DNA of 64,000 bases from Patescibacteria group bacterium (GCA_028865035.1 JAGWLB010000002.1:49531-113530), one strand, 5' to 3'; shown: positions 19,254 to 31,318, counted from the first letter of the stretch. A program made the numbers and translations. The notes: generated by a model from the sequence alone, not told the origin.

Positions 19254-19539
19254 GACAAATAGTATTATATCTTATGTCACTGATTATGAAGTAATAACTT
19301 GTTTTACTATAGAATGATTGCAAATAAAAAAAGGGAGCGGGTCCAAACCCAAACTCCCTCTATTGCTAACCCCCAAGAAAATATATTTTTAATTAATCTA
19401 AAATGACAATTGATTTTCCTTCATACTAACATACTATAATTTATTGTCAATAGAAAAATTAAAAGTTATTATGTATCCATAAAATAAAAAAAGCCAGATT
19501 TTAATCTAGCTTTTAATCATTTTTGGGATTAGTTCGCTT

Positions 19540-20172
19540 TTACTGTTGTAAATAATAGTGTAGCTCGGGGCTTACCATTTGAACTTTATTAGCACTTTTC
19601 TTTAACTTTGCTTTGTGATTAAAGTTTCTGTTAGGTGGTATCAAATCATTTGAATGAAATTCTGGCATACCATTCAATGGTGGTAGATCTATTAGAAAAA
19701 TAGGTATTTCCTGATACTGTAGTGTTTCATTCTCTAACTCAGTATTTATTTCATCAAACAAATTACCAACATCATTTGGACACAATTTTTTATTGTGATG
19801 TGGTTCCGGCAATTTTCTTCCTTCGTGAAGATTAATTAATTTTTCGCTTATACATAAAGCATATTCCTCCCAAAGGTTGGCATATTTAATCCTTTGAGAA
19901 AAGTAAGAAATTAAAAAATTAATTTCCCCGATTAGGTGTTTAACCTTGGTGCTATTTTTTCTCTCCTCAAAAATTTGATTTTCCAAATCAAGTTTTTCAT
20001 AAAAAAATCTTTTCTTACATTGCAAATGAAATTTAAAAACTTCAGGTGCATTGATTGTAGATTTTAAACAAATTGATAAGAACTCAGTTCTTACATTAAG
20101 ATGTTTTTGATTATCTAGTTTTTCAATAATACTAGACATTTCTTTTCCGAGTAAACTGAAAGTCATTGGCAT
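19540..20172 (-). CDS. hypothetical protein (210 aa)
   Basis: ORF only. Confidence 0.4.
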   Translation of the reverse strand: MPMTFSLLGKEMSSIIEKLDNQKHLNVRTEFLSICLKSTINAPEVFKFHLQCKKRFFYEKLDLENQIFEERKNSTKVKHLIGEINFLISYFSQRIKYANLWEEYALCISEKLINLHEGRKLPEPHHNKKLCPNDVGNLFDEINTELENETLQYQEIPIFLIDLPPLNGMPEFHSNDLIPPNRNFNHKAKLKKSANKVQMVSPELHYYLQQ

Positions 20173-20263
20173 AATCTTGTAGTTTTAAAATGAAAAAATA
20201 TTTTACTTCATCGTACCACCTCAACAATTTTTGTCAATATATGCTTATAACACAATGATTAAA

Positions 20264-20272
20264 GGGGGGGGG
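20264..20272. repeat. homopolymeric G9 tract in a divergent intergenic region
   Basis: Nine consecutive G in a ~30% GC genome, 11 bp upstream of the -35 of the 20321 gene. Confidence 0.9.
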
Positions 20273-20282
20273 ATAAATAGTA

Positions 20283-20311
20283 TTGACAAAATGATGTAAT
20301 GGCGTTATAAT
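20283..20311 (+). promoter_or_regulatory. consensus sigma70 promoter TTGACA-N17-TATAAT
   Basis: Perfect hexamers with 17-bp spacing; ATG 9 nt after the -10. Confidence 0.7.
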
Positions 20312-20320
20312 ACACCTATT

Positions 20321-20710
20321 ATGAAAAAAGTATATTCTATATTTTTAATACTCGTCGTATTTATTAGTTACGGACTTTTATCAAATCCAACTAAATCAGA
20401 AGCAAGTTGGAGAGTTTCTATTGGTTTAAATTTTGGAAGAGGTTACACTCCTTATTACGGAGGTTATAATAATGTCTATCCAGGATCTGGTTTTAATAAT
20501 GGTAGTCCATATTATTCAGGTAATTACTATATGAACAGTCCTTACTACGGTGGTTACAACCCTGGTTATTATAGTTATTCCAGTAGTTCTTATTATAGTA
20601 GTTATAATAGCTATGGCTATGGTAATAATTACTATAATCCTGGATATGGTGGTTACGGAGGTTACTATGGTAGCTATGGATGTATGTCGAACGTCTATCC
20701 TTCTTGTTAA
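20321..20710 (+). CDS. small secreted Gly/Tyr/Ser/Asn-rich low-complexity protein
   Basis: Signal peptide, then GYNNVYPGSGFNNGSPYYSGNYY... repeats. Confidence 0.55.
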   Translation: MKKVYSIFLILVVFISYGLLSNPTKSEASWRVSIGLNFGRGYTPYYGGYNNVYPGSGFNNGSPYYSGNYYMNSPYYGGYNPGYYSYSSSSYYSSYNSYGYGNNYYNPGYGGYGGYYGSYGCMSNVYPSC

Positions 20711-20749
20711 TGAATAATAAAATCCCTTCAGATATCTGAAGGGATTTTA

Positions 20750-21796
20750 TTATTCTTCTGTTTGTGGTTTTTCTAAGGTTAAATTTTCTATTTCTATTGC
20801 TTCTCCAGTTATTCTCATTACATCTTTGTCTATTTTTCTAAATTCGTGATTTGATTTATTGAAATGATTCACTGTAGTAGCTATAGAATTACCAAGCTTC
20901 TGGTGAACTTCTTCGTATACCCTTAGGTGATTACCAAGCTCACCAACACGTTTGATAATATCTTTAGCACTTTCTTCTATTTGTAGAGCTTTAAGGCCTT
21001 GTAAGACAGTTTGTAAGTAAGCAAGAAATGAAGTCGGGGAAACAATTATAACTTTATATTTACCGGCAGCACGCTGTATGAGGTTCTCATTATCGTCTGT
21101 AACCGCTCCAATTTTATTTATTAGTAAATCATAATAGATTGCCTCATGAGGTATAAACATAAAAGCGAAATCCATAGTGCCTTCCTCGGGTTGTATGTAT
21201 TTTGAAGTTTCTATAATACGATTCTTTAAATCATTTACAAATATTTTTTCTAAACGATCTTTTTCTTGTTTATCATTTGTTTCCGAAATACGATTATAAT
21301 TCTCAAGTGAGAATTTTGAATCAATAGGAATAACTTTATCTTTTACAAATACTGCAGCATCAACAATAGTGCCATCTGGGAAAGGGTACTGCATCTGGTA
21401 AGATCCTGGAGGCATAACATTCTTTAAAAGTGTCTCTAAATAATATTCTCCAAGTATGCCACGCTGTTTTGGATTCTTTAGGACATCTTGTAGGTTCTGT
21501 AGTTGATCTGCGAAAGATACGACTTGCTTATTTGTCTCGTCGAGCCTTGTTATCTTCTCGGTGATATCAGCAATGATACGAGAAGTTTCACTCGATTGAT
21601 AACGCATTGTCTGATTGATTTCTTTTTGTGATTCGCCAAGTTTATTGTCTATCGTACGAGAAAGCTCATTTATCTGAGCAAGAAGCATTTGCATAGCTCC
21701 ATCATTCTGTTCAATTGGTTTCTTTTTTAAAGCAGAAAATAATCCAATAATAAGAGCTACTAGTATTAAAAGGAATATAATTATAACTGCGTTCAT
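20750..21796 (-). CDS. rmuC: DNA recombination protein RmuC
   Basis: N-terminal TM helix, a coiled coil, and a C-terminal RmuC domain (VIPIDSKFSLENY). Confidence 0.7.
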   Translation of the reverse strand: MNAVIIIFLLILVALIIGLFSALKKKPIEQNDGAMQMLLAQINELSRTIDNKLGESQKEINQTMRYQSSETSRIIADITEKITRLDETNKQVVSFADQLQNLQDVLKNPKQRGILGEYYLETLLKNVMPPGSYQMQYPFPDGTIVDAAVFVKDKVIPIDSKFSLENYNRISETNDKQEKDRLEKIFVNDLKNRIIETSKYIQPEEGTMDFAFMFIPHEAIYYDLLINKIGAVTDDNENLIQRAAGKYKVIIVSPTSFLAYLQTVLQGLKALQIEESAKDIIKRVGELGNHLRVYEEVHQKLGNSIATTVNHFNKSNHEFRKIDKDVMRITGEAIEIENLTLEKPQTEE

Positions 21797-21888
21797 ATTT
21801 TCATTTTAGCACAGCTCGTATTTTATTGATATTTCCTTCTATTTACAAATAATATAAATCATGCTATTTTGTAAAAAAAATCCATAAA

Positions 21889-22137
21889 ATGGACAATCTA
21901 AAGAAGTTTAATTTAGTTAATGTTGACACAAAAGAGGTAGAAGGTACAGGCAATGTTGATTTTCTAGGAGAAAATATTAATTCTGTAAAGGAGGTAACCT
22001 TTATTGAAAATGGAGAAGAGACAGAGTTTGGAAGAATTGGAAATGGCTTCAAAAAATTATTTGAAGATCCTATGAGTAACGGAAGATGTTTTTCACAAAA
22101 TGCACCCTCTTATTCTTTTGTAGAAGTAGAAAACTAA
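21889..22137 (+). CDS. hypothetical small protein (82 aa)
   Basis: Followed by a shared convergent terminator. Confidence 0.4.
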   Translation: MDNLKKFNLVNVDTKEVEGTGNVDFLGENINSVKEVTFIENGEETEFGRIGNGFKKLFEDPMSNGRCFSQNAPSYSFVEVEN

Positions 22138-22157
22138 ATTTGTTTTAATTCAGTAAA

Positions 22158-22190
22158 CATCAGGTATTCAGCACCTGATGTTTTTTATTG
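22158..22190. terminator. bidirectional intrinsic terminator (AAACATCAGGT...ACCTGATGTTTTTT)
   Basis: Hairpin with flanking A/T runs between convergent genes. Confidence 0.6.
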
Positions 22191-22910
22191 TAATTTACCA
22201 AGATAGTATTTTAGTGTATATATCCAATCCTCTTCATTGTCTGGGTTTTGTTCTTTTTGGGCTAACATCCATTCAAGGTAGCCTGGGTCAATATCTCTTA
22301 CTTCTTCAATAGTTTTACCGTTGTATTTTCCGAAAGCAAAGCTATTCATAAGTGAAGGTCTGGACGATATATCTATCATTTTATCGATTGCTTTTTCTTC
22401 GTCTATATTGTCTTCCTTCATTATCTTATCTAAAAGTCTTTTATACAGTTGTTCAAGAACAAGGACATCGCCAAGTGCATCGTGAGCATCAGCTTCGATA
22501 TCGATATCAAGATAGTAACGCAAATATTGTAATTTGTATTGAGGTATTACATTCTTCTTGTCTAAGGCACGAGAGACACGCAATGTACAAATAATATTTG
22601 CAGGTATGATGCCTTCCTTTTCTATAATAGCAGTATCGAATTTGGCATTATGTGCGACCATAACAGAAGTCGGATCTTCTAGTAGTAATTTTGTTGGCCC
22701 GTAGTTATCACTTTCCTGAAATACTTTTTTATCGGCGACCATTTTGTTTGTTATATGAGTGACGGCACTTGCTTCTGGGGGAATTGGGATTGGTGGTTTG
22801 AAAAGTTCACAAAAAGTTTCTTCTTCTGTTTTGTATGCTAGCTGACATAAGAAATCTTTCACTGGTTCATTGCCAGTAGTTTCAGTATCTAGAAAAATAA
22901 TTTTTTTCAT
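22185..22910 (-). CDS. DnaQ-like 3'-5' exonuclease (DEDDh) with a C-terminal DUF3820-like domain
   Basis: Exo motifs IFLDTETTG, HNAKFD and HDALGD. Confidence 0.75.
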   Translation of the reverse strand: MKKIIFLDTETTGNEPVKDFLCQLAYKTEEETFCELFKPPIPIPPEASAVTHITNKMVADKKVFQESDNYGPTKLLLEDPTSVMVAHNAKFDTAIIEKEGIIPANIICTLRVSRALDKKNVIPQYKLQYLRYYLDIDIEADAHDALGDVLVLEQLYKRLLDKIMKEDNIDEEKAIDKMIDISSRPSLMNSFAFGKYNGKTIEEVRDIDPGYLEWMLAQKEQNPDNEEDWIYTLKYYLGKLQ

Positions 22911-22982
22911 AATAATTATTGTATCACAGCAAATAAAATTCTGTATGTGGCATTATCCCATTTCTTTTGATAGAATACATTT

Positions 22983-23438
22983 ATGTCATTACACGAACAA
23001 ATCAAAAATCAATTAAAAGAAGCTATGAAAGCTCGTGATACTGTACGACTTGAAGTAATGAGAGGATTGATTACAGCATTTACGAATGAATTAGTAGCCA
23101 CAGGTAAAACACCTCAAGATATGCTCGAAGATACTGATGTCATTAAAGTCATCACCCGTGCATCAAAACAAAGGAAAGATTCCATCGAACAGTTCACTAA
23201 AGGCGGACGTATGGATTTGGTAGATGTCGAAAAATCTCAGCTAGCTGTCTTAGAAGAATTTCTGCCGAAATTAATGTCTAAAGATGAAGTCGAAAAATTC
23301 GTTAAAGAAAAATATCTTCAACTTGAAGTGAAAGATCCCACCAAGAAAGGTATGTTTATGAGCACTCTCATGAAAGATCTGAAAGGTAAAGCTGACGGTG
23401 CAATAGTTAAAGAAGTAGTTGATGTTTTGTACGTATAA
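22983..23438 (+). CDS. GatB/YqeY domain protein
   Basis: Full-length similarity pattern of the YqeY family (MSLHEQIKNQLKEAMKARD...). Confidence 0.7.
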   Translation: MSLHEQIKNQLKEAMKARDTVRLEVMRGLITAFTNELVATGKTPQDMLEDTDVIKVITRASKQRKDSIEQFTKGGRMDLVDVEKSQLAVLEEFLPKLMSKDEVEKFVKEKYLQLEVKDPTKKGMFMSTLMKDLKGKADGAIVKEVVDVLYV

Positions 23439-23446
23439 TTAAATTT

Positions 23447-23791
23447 ATGAAAATTATTTTACATTGGATTATTCTTTCGATTGCAGTTTGGGTCACGACT
23501 CAAATCGTCTCTGGTATAGCAGTGAATCCTATTTGGGTTTCACTTGTAGTGGGGGCTTGTCTGACTTTGTTTAATATGTTCATAAAACCAATTATAAACA
23601 TATTAACTTTACCTATAAATATTGTTACACTAGGTATCTTTTCTTTGGTAATAAATGGTCTACTTTTTTGGTATTTAGGGACAATCATAAAAGGATTTAC
23701 TGTTACAACTTTCGGAGCAGCTTTCGTGGGAGCTATACTTGTATCAGTAATTAATTGGATTATTAAGAAATTTTTCCATTTTAATTTCTAA
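23447..23791 (+). CDS. DUF360/YvlD-type small membrane protein (phage holin 4_2 superfamily-like)
   Basis: Four TM helices; family-typical length and motifs. Confidence 0.5.
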   Translation: MKIILHWIILSIAVWVTTQIVSGIAVNPIWVSLVVGACLTLFNMFIKPIINILTLPINIVTLGIFSLVINGLLFWYLGTIIKGFTVTTFGAAFVGAILVSVINWIIKKFFHFNF

Positions 23792-23797
23792 TTAATT

Positions 23798-24412
23798 ATG
23801 TTTACGTTAAATCATTTAAAACATTTTGTTGAACTACATGCTAACATAGCTTATATACTTATTACTCTTGGTGTTATTATTGAAGGAGAAATAGTAGTTG
23901 GTATAGCTGGTATATTTTCGAACTTAGGAGCATTGAATATTTTTATTGCATTCATAGCGACAATTATAGGTGGCGGAGCTAAATCGGTTATAGGTTATAG
24001 TATAGGCTATTACTTGCAACGTAAACACTCTGGTCGTCCTGTTATTAAAATGGTTGAAAGAAATGTTCACTACTTACTACCTAGGTTCGCCACACGGCCT
24101 TTTTGGTCAATTTTCGTATCACGGTTTTTGATTTTTGGTGCTCACTGGTTTTCTTTATTATTTTCTGGGTATAAGAAAGTTAAGGTTCGTACTTTTGCTG
24201 AAGCAGAGCTGTCTTCTTTGCTTATATGGACAGTAGCGGTTTTAGCTGTAGGTTACTTCTTTAGTATGACTGCTCTTGCTATAAGTCGCGATGTCCGTAA
24301 ATTTATAGGAATTATATTTTTGTTCTTTGTTGCTTTCTTTATCCTAGAGAAAATCATTTCTTTCATTATCGAATTAATAAATATTGATGATAAAGACAAT
24401 GCTTCAGATTAA
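23798..24412 (+). CDS. DedA/SNARE-associated (VTT domain) membrane protein
   Basis: Motif GEIVVGIAGIFSNLGALN and overall topology. Confidence 0.6.
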   Translation: MFTLNHLKHFVELHANIAYILITLGVIIEGEIVVGIAGIFSNLGALNIFIAFIATIIGGGAKSVIGYSIGYYLQRKHSGRPVIKMVERNVHYLLPRFATRPFWSIFVSRFLIFGAHWFSLLFSGYKKVKVRTFAEAELSSLLIWTVAVLAVGYFFSMTALAISRDVRKFIGIIFLFFVAFFILEKIISFIIELINIDDKDNASD

Positions 24413-24414
24413 TT

Positions 24415-25329
24415 ATGAATATATTCAAGAAAAATAAAATATTGGTCACTCACAACGGGTCTTTTCACGCTGACGATCTTTTTGCAACAGCAGCGTTATC
24501 GATCTTAAATAATGGTAACATTAAAATAATTCGTACCCGTGATCCAAAAATAATTGAAACAGGTGATTACGTTTATGATGTTGGTGGTAAGAATATTGAA
24601 GAAAAAAATCTTTTTGATCATCACCAAAAAGGTGGTGGAGGAGTAAGAGAAAATGGAATACCATACGCTGCTTTTGGACTTGTGTGGAAAGCATATGGAG
24701 AAACAATATGTGGAAACAAAGAAGTAGCTGATAGGATAGATCAAAGTATTGTTCAACCAATTGATGCCAAAGATAATGGTGTCGATATCATAATACCTAA
24801 ATTTGAAAATGTATTTCCGTATTCTGTTGAGCAAATATTTCTATCTGTAATTCCGACATGGAAAGAAACTAATAAAAATATTGATAAAATTTTTAAAAGA
24901 CAAGTTATAAATGTTGTTAAACTTTTAAAAAGAGAAATCAAGGTTGCTTCGGTAGATATCGAGGGGACGAATTTAATATTAAATTCATATAGAAATTCAA
25001 AAGATAAAAAAATTATAATAATAGAAAATAACTTTCCTCGATATTTATATCAAAATACTTTATGCAGGTTAGAAGAACCTATATATGCGATAATCCCTGG
25101 AGGCTCCAATAAATATTGGAAAGTAGAAGCGATAAAGAAAAATATTAATACAATGGAAAGTCGCAAACTTTTTCCAGAGGAATGGAGAGGTTTAATGGAA
25201 AGTAGTGGAAAACTAAAAGAAGTAACAGGGGTTCCAGATGCTCAGTTCTGTCATCAGAGCGGATTTTTCTTAACCGTCGGATCTAAAGAAGGAGCTATCG
25301 CACTTGCCGAAAAAGCATTATTAACGTAA
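24415..25329 (+). CDS. MYG1/UPF0160 family metal-dependent hydrolase
   Basis: N-terminal THNGSFHADD motif and DHHQ. Confidence 0.7.
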   Translation: MNIFKKNKILVTHNGSFHADDLFATAALSILNNGNIKIIRTRDPKIIETGDYVYDVGGKNIEEKNLFDHHQKGGGGVRENGIPYAAFGLVWKAYGETICGNKEVADRIDQSIVQPIDAKDNGVDIIIPKFENVFPYSVEQIFLSVIPTWKETNKNIDKIFKRQVINVVKLLKREIKVASVDIEGTNLILNSYRNSKDKKIIIIENNFPRYLYQNTLCRLEEPIYAIIPGGSNKYWKVEAIKKNINTMESRKLFPEEWRGLMESSGKLKEVTGVPDAQFCHQSGFFLTVGSKEGAIALAEKALLT

Positions 25330-25343
25330 GCTAAACACTCAAT

Positions 25344-26318
25344 ATGTTCATAGACGAAATAAAATTTCATGCACAAGCTGGCCGTGGAGGAGACGGGGTT
25401 GTTCGCTGGCGCCGCGAAAAGTTTATCGATAAAGGTGGTCCAAATGGCGGTGATGGCGGTCGTGGTGGTAGTGTCATAGCTGTTGCAGTATCTGATATAA
25501 ACTTACTTTCTAAATATAAACATAAAAAAGAATTTAAAGCTGAACGTGGTGATGATGGTGCTGGAGGTAGTCGTCATGGTAAAGATGGAAAAGATTTGAT
25601 TATTGAACTACCTATAGGATCAATCATTACAAATATAGAAAGTGGAGCTTCTGTATCATTGGATAAAGTTGGGCAGAAAGAACTTTTGCTTAAAGGTGGT
25701 ATGGGTGGATGGGGTAATGAGCAGTTTAAGACTTCTATAAATACTACTCCTACAAAAGCTACTAAAGGTAAGCTTGGTGAGCAAGGTAACTTTAAGATAG
25801 AACTTGAGCTTTTTGCTGATATCGGTTTAATAGGTTTACCTAATGCTGGCAAATCATCACTTTTAAATGCTGTGACACACGCACAAGCAAAAATAGGTAG
25901 TTATCAATTCACAACACTTGACCCAAATCTTGGAGATTTCTACGGTAAGATTATTGCCGATATTCCTGGGCTTATCGAAGGAGCATCAGAGGGTAAAGGC
26001 CTTGGTATTAAATTCTTAAAGCATACAAAACGTACGAATATGCTTGCGCACTTAGTGTCATTTGAGAATGATAAAGATATGATGAAAGTCTACAAGCAGA
26101 TTCGTAAAGAATTAGGAGCATATGATAAGGCAATGCTTGATAAAGAAGAAGTCATAGTTCTGACAAAAACTGACGTTGTTAATGATCAGAAAATAATCGA
26201 TAAAAAAGTTAAAGAATTTGAAAAGCTTGGAAAGCCAGTATTAACACTTTCTCTATATGATGACACTTCAGTAAAAAAGTTTATGAAAGATTTGGCTAAG
26301 ATGTTAAAAGATAAATAA
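25344..26318 (+). CDS. obg: GTPase Obg (Obg fold + G domain, no C-terminal extension)
   Basis: Gly-rich Obg domain (GGDGGRGGSV), G1 GLPNAGKSS, G3 DIPG. Confidence 0.9.
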   Translation: MFIDEIKFHAQAGRGGDGVVRWRREKFIDKGGPNGGDGGRGGSVIAVAVSDINLLSKYKHKKEFKAERGDDGAGGSRHGKDGKDLIIELPIGSIITNIESGASVSLDKVGQKELLLKGGMGGWGNEQFKTSINTTPTKATKGKLGEQGNFKIELELFADIGLIGLPNAGKSSLLNAVTHAQAKIGSYQFTTLDPNLGDFYGKIIADIPGLIEGASEGKGLGIKFLKHTKRTNMLAHLVSFENDKDMMKVYKQIRKELGAYDKAMLDKEEVIVLTKTDVVNDQKIIDKKVKEFEKLGKPVLTLSLYDDTSVKKFMKDLAKMLKDK

Positions 26319-26354
26319 AAAATTCAGTAATAAATTACTGAATTTTTTATAGTG

Positions 26355-26427
26355 TGCCCCGTGAGGGAATCGAACCCCCGACCATCTCCTTAAGAGGGAG
26401 CTGCTCTACCAGCTGAGCTAACAGGGC
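26355..26427 (-). tRNA. tRNA-Lys (anticodon CTT)
   Basis: The reverse complement folds as a cloverleaf: GCCCTGT acceptor, anticodon loop CTCTTAA, T-loop GGTTCGATTCC. Confidence 0.8.
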
Positions 26428-26515
26428 AAATAATATTAAACTCTGTTATTATTACAGATATATTAGTCTTTGTAAATGATTTTAATTTTTAATTACAAAA
26501 GAGTATAATTTAGCT

Positions 26516-26869
26516 ATGTCACAAGAAACACCAAAACCAGATAATAACTTTAATTTTAAAAAGATTGGTAGTCTTAAGTCTATACAAGAAGAAGTTAAAG
26601 CCAAAATGGAGAAAGAAGAACTAGAAAAATTGGCAAAAATAAACTCTATAAATAAATTAATAGAAGAAGCTAAAAAGAATAAGATAGATGTGGTTAATGA
26701 AATAAATAAAAAATACCCTAACGCCAAAATTTTCCCAGAATCTGTGACTGTTAATGAAAAAGGTGAATATATGAAAGGTAATTATACTTTAGAAGAATAT
26801 GCTAATTTGGTAAATAAATCTTACGATGACGATGATGTTAGCGATAATTCAGCTATGTTTAAACACTAA
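26516..26869 (+). CDS. hypothetical Lys/Glu-rich protein (117 aa)
   Basis: ORF only. Confidence 0.4.
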   Translation: MSQETPKPDNNFNFKKIGSLKSIQEEVKAKMEKEELEKLAKINSINKLIEEAKKNKIDVVNEINKKYPNAKIFPESVTVNEKGEYMKGNYTLEEYANLVNKSYDDDDVSDNSAMFKH

Positions 26870-26910
26870 GAATCTATTATTTCTCAAGGCATTTTCATTA
26901 TAATAAACAC

Positions 26911-26938
26911 TTGACTTCTTTTCTTATATGTATATAAT
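26911..26938 (+). promoter_or_regulatory. rRNA promoter candidate (TTGACT-N16-TATAAT)
   Basis: About 170 bp upstream of the 16S 5' end. Confidence 0.5.
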
Positions 26939-27105
26939 AGAACCCACAGTCTGGTTAATGCCGGCTGTATTTCTTTGATAATAGAATAGGTATGCAAAAT
27001 CATAAATCAAAAGCAAGTAAGGTCCGCATAGGTATCCAACCTGTGGCGCGACGATAAATAAGTCAGTTAATGGAATAAATGTTTTTTCTTTTGTTCCGTT
27101 CTATT

Positions 27106-28643
<1,538 letters not shown>

Positions 28644-28846
28644 TGAAACCGATCATGTATCTTATTTATAAGTACATTCGATCTTATTGAGTCGATATTA
28701 TGTGCCTCAATTGAGCACATAATGGACATTGATTTTAAGTCCTAAAAGAAATCTGACAAGGAGGGAAAGACCCCTAGAACGGAACAAAAGAAAAGATATT
28801 TTATTCTGACATTTGATTTACATCGCAACCTATTTTATTACAGAAC

Positions 28847-28876
28847 AAAAAACATCTCATTATGAGATGTTTTTTG
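28847..28876 (+). terminator. intrinsic terminator after the 16S trailer
   Basis: AAAAACATCTCATTATGAGATGTTTTTT. Confidence 0.6.
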
Positions 28877-28922
28877 TTCTGTAAGTGATATAATGAAAAT
28901 ATATTATAATTAAACTAATTTT

Positions 28923-30560
28923 ATGATTACACCAGAATTGGTACAATTCGTAAGAAGCGAGCTTGCACGCGGTGCAACTAAAGAATTAATTACCGCACAA
29001 TTAAAAACACAAGCATGGACAGACGTAGACATAAATGAAGTTTTTAAATCTGTCTCATCATCTACATCAAGTGCATCTTCCCCATATCCTAAAAAATCAA
29101 AGGTATTTTTAGGATTCGTACTTATTGTATTATTCTTCATAATTATTATTCTGGGAGGCTTTATTGCCTATGCTTCTGGTTATGTTATTCCTTTAACAAA
29201 TGTTTTTTCTGAATCTGTACAATCGTCAAAAAGTAGCACTGGTACAACTTTTGATATCGCTGTTACTGTCGATAGCTCAGGAATGAAATCATTAAAAAAC
29301 AGTGAAGGTTTTATGTCCGGAACATCAAATATTTCAACCCTCGATGCGAAAGGCTCTTACGATATTCTTGATCCTAAAAATATTAAAGGGAATCTTTCTT
29401 TACTATTAGAATCAGGAACATTCGAAACAGGTATAGATGCTAGATCTGTAGATGGTTCCCTGTATTTAGATTTAACCAAAGCTCCTGATTTTGGATTTAT
29501 ATCTTTAAAACCATTTGAGAATAAATGGGTTGTCGTACCATACAAATCCAATCCAAGCGAACTCACAAATAATCCGCTGCTTTCAGCTTCTGGTATATCT
29601 AATATAGATAATAGTCCTTTAAGTAAATTAACAGATGAACAAAAACAGCATATTGCCGATATTACCCAAAAAGCAAACTTTATAAAAATTACTAGCAGAC
29701 ACTTACCAGTAATAATTGATGGTAATCTTTCTTATCATTTTAATTTTGATATAGATTTTAATGGCATTGCTTCGTATATTACAGACATAACAAATTATCT
29801 GAAAAGTATTGATACCAATAATACAAACATTTCATCAATTGATACTACTGAATATAGTAAATGGGCTAATGCAATAAAGAATTTTAAAGGAGAAGCTTGG
29901 ATAGGGGTATTTAACCATTTGCCATATAAAATTATTTCTAATTTTGATATTTTAAACCCAGATAAACCTGAGGATGGTACTATCAATATTAATACATCTA
30001 TTGCTTATAGTAATTGGAATAAACCTGTCGTCGTTGAAGTACCACAAGGTGCCATAACCTTTGATCAATTAATGTCTTCGGTTAACTCAAATCCTTATAA
30101 TATATCTTCATCTACAAATGATAATTCAAATTCATTCATTGATGCGCAAAATAAAAGCAGAGATGCCTCTATGGAATCTATTATTAGCAATATGAGAGCG
30201 CAAGCAGAATTATTTTATAATGCTAATAATACTTACAAAGGATTTTGTACTTCACGTTCTCAGAATGGTGCTTATACCCTTGCCGTAACATTACCACAAA
30301 ATACTGTATATAAATGCAATGATTCCTCAAACGAATGGGCATCTTGGGCAAAGTTATCTACGAATAGTTACTGGTGTGCTGATTCTACTGGATTTTCAGG
30401 TAGTGGTAACATTGAAAAATCAAGTGATACTAAATGTCCTTTCCTCTATCCTACGGGTCTTATATCAGCAACACCAGCAGAGTTAAAAAATATTGAGTCA
30501 GCTAATTCTATCCCTGATAGTAGTCTCCCTTGTATCCCTGGCCCAGGTATATCTTGCTAG
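28923..30560 (+). CDS. hypothetical membrane-anchored surface protein (545 aa; N-terminal helical domain, one TM helix, large Ser/Asn-rich ectodomain with a Cys-rich C-terminus)
   Basis: Hydrophobic segment FLGFVLIVLFFIIIILGGFIAYA. Confidence 0.5.
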   Translation: MITPELVQFVRSELARGATKELITAQLKTQAWTDVDINEVFKSVSSSTSSASSPYPKKSKVFLGFVLIVLFFIIIILGGFIAYASGYVIPLTNVFSESVQSSKSSTGTTFDIAVTVDSSGMKSLKNSEGFMSGTSNISTLDAKGSYDILDPKNIKGNLSLLLESGTFETGIDARSVDGSLYLDLTKAPDFGFISLKPFENKWVVVPYKSNPSELTNNPLLSASGISNIDNSPLSKLTDEQKQHIADITQKANFIKITSRHLPVIIDGNLSYHFNFDIDFNGIASYITDITNYLKSIDTNNTNISSIDTTEYSKWANAIKNFKGEAWIGVFNHLPYKIISNFDILNPDKPEDGTININTSIAYSNWNKPVVVEVPQGAITFDQLMSSVNSNPYNISSSTNDNSNSFIDAQNKSRDASMESIISNMRAQAELFYNANNTYKGFCTSRSQNGAYTLAVTLPQNTVYKCNDSSNEWASWAKLSTNSYWCADSTGFSGSGNIEKSSDTKCPFLYPTGLISATPAELKNIESANSIPDSSLPCIPGPGISC

Positions 30561-30608
30561 CACATAAACAAAAAACATCCCAAACCGGGATGTTTTTTGT
30601 TTATGTGC
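30560..30608. terminator. long perfect palindromic terminator (22-bp arms)
   Basis: GCACATAAACAAAAAACATCCC/GGGATGTTTTTTGTTTATGTGC. Confidence 0.65.
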
Positions 30609-30862
30609 TCAAGTCAGCGGGTGCTAAACTCCAACACAATTGCCTATGTGAGTGCAGCCGCTGACTAGAGAACACAAGCGGCTACTTAAGTATTATATAG
30701 TATAGGAAATTTAAACGCTAGAGTTTATATGTATTTAAAATATTTAAATTTGTATAAACACAAAACCCTCCCGATTTCTCGAGAGGGTTTTGCTAGGCAA
30801 TTGTTTTTAATAATTATCGGAATTCTTTACTCACACTATGAGTATATCAGACACAATCTATA

Positions 30863-30891
30863 TTGTCAAGTTCTACATATTCTGGTATAAT
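30863..30891 (+). promoter_or_regulatory. rnpB promoter TTGTCA-N17-TATAAT
   Basis: Hexamers read directly. Confidence 0.6.
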
Positions 30892-30897
30892 CATATT

Positions 30898-31318
30898 GGT
30901 TTGTATTGGATAGATGCGTTCACTTTATTGTGAATGAGGAAAGTCCGAACACATATCATTGAGCAACCTGCATGCGCAGGCATGTCAATGAAAGCGTAGT
31001 GGGTAATACCCATCGTGAGTAATCATAGAGGTGCGAGCAGTGACGTCTATAATCGAAAGAGAATAGATAACCTGTACCCTTGTATGTCTGGAATTTTTCA
31101 GACAGAAACTCGGATAAGTTCAGCAGGTTAATACAGAAGATATAAAAGGGTATTTGAAGCTTCTGAGTGAAACGGCTAAATCCTTACGTGTGTGCAAGAC
31201 CGTGCTTTGACTTCTGTCAAAGAGAGTCGCTTGAGCCTTTGTGTAAATAAAGGCCTAGATAAATATCTATCGTCTGCTTTAAAACAGATACAGAATTCGG
31301 CTTATAAATACAAATCAA
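30898..31318 (+). ncRNA. rnpB: RNase P RNA (bacterial type)
   Basis: P4 strands GAGGAAAGTCCGAAC and ACAGAATTCGGCTTATA; P1 pairing TTTGTAT/ATACAAA; terminator hairpin at 31325-31356. Confidence 0.85.

Noticed and set aside
19320-19370. Possible tRNA at GGGAGCGGGTCCAAACCCAAACTCCC
   Set aside because: It forms one hairpin but has no cloverleaf, T-loop or anticodon arm. It is more likely a weak terminator.
30940-30970. The rnpB hairpin CCTGCATGCGCAGGCATG as an inserted mobile palindrome
   Set aside because: It is kept only as a weak note in the palindrome finding. It may simply be a native GC-rich RNase P stem that resembles the other two copies by convergence.
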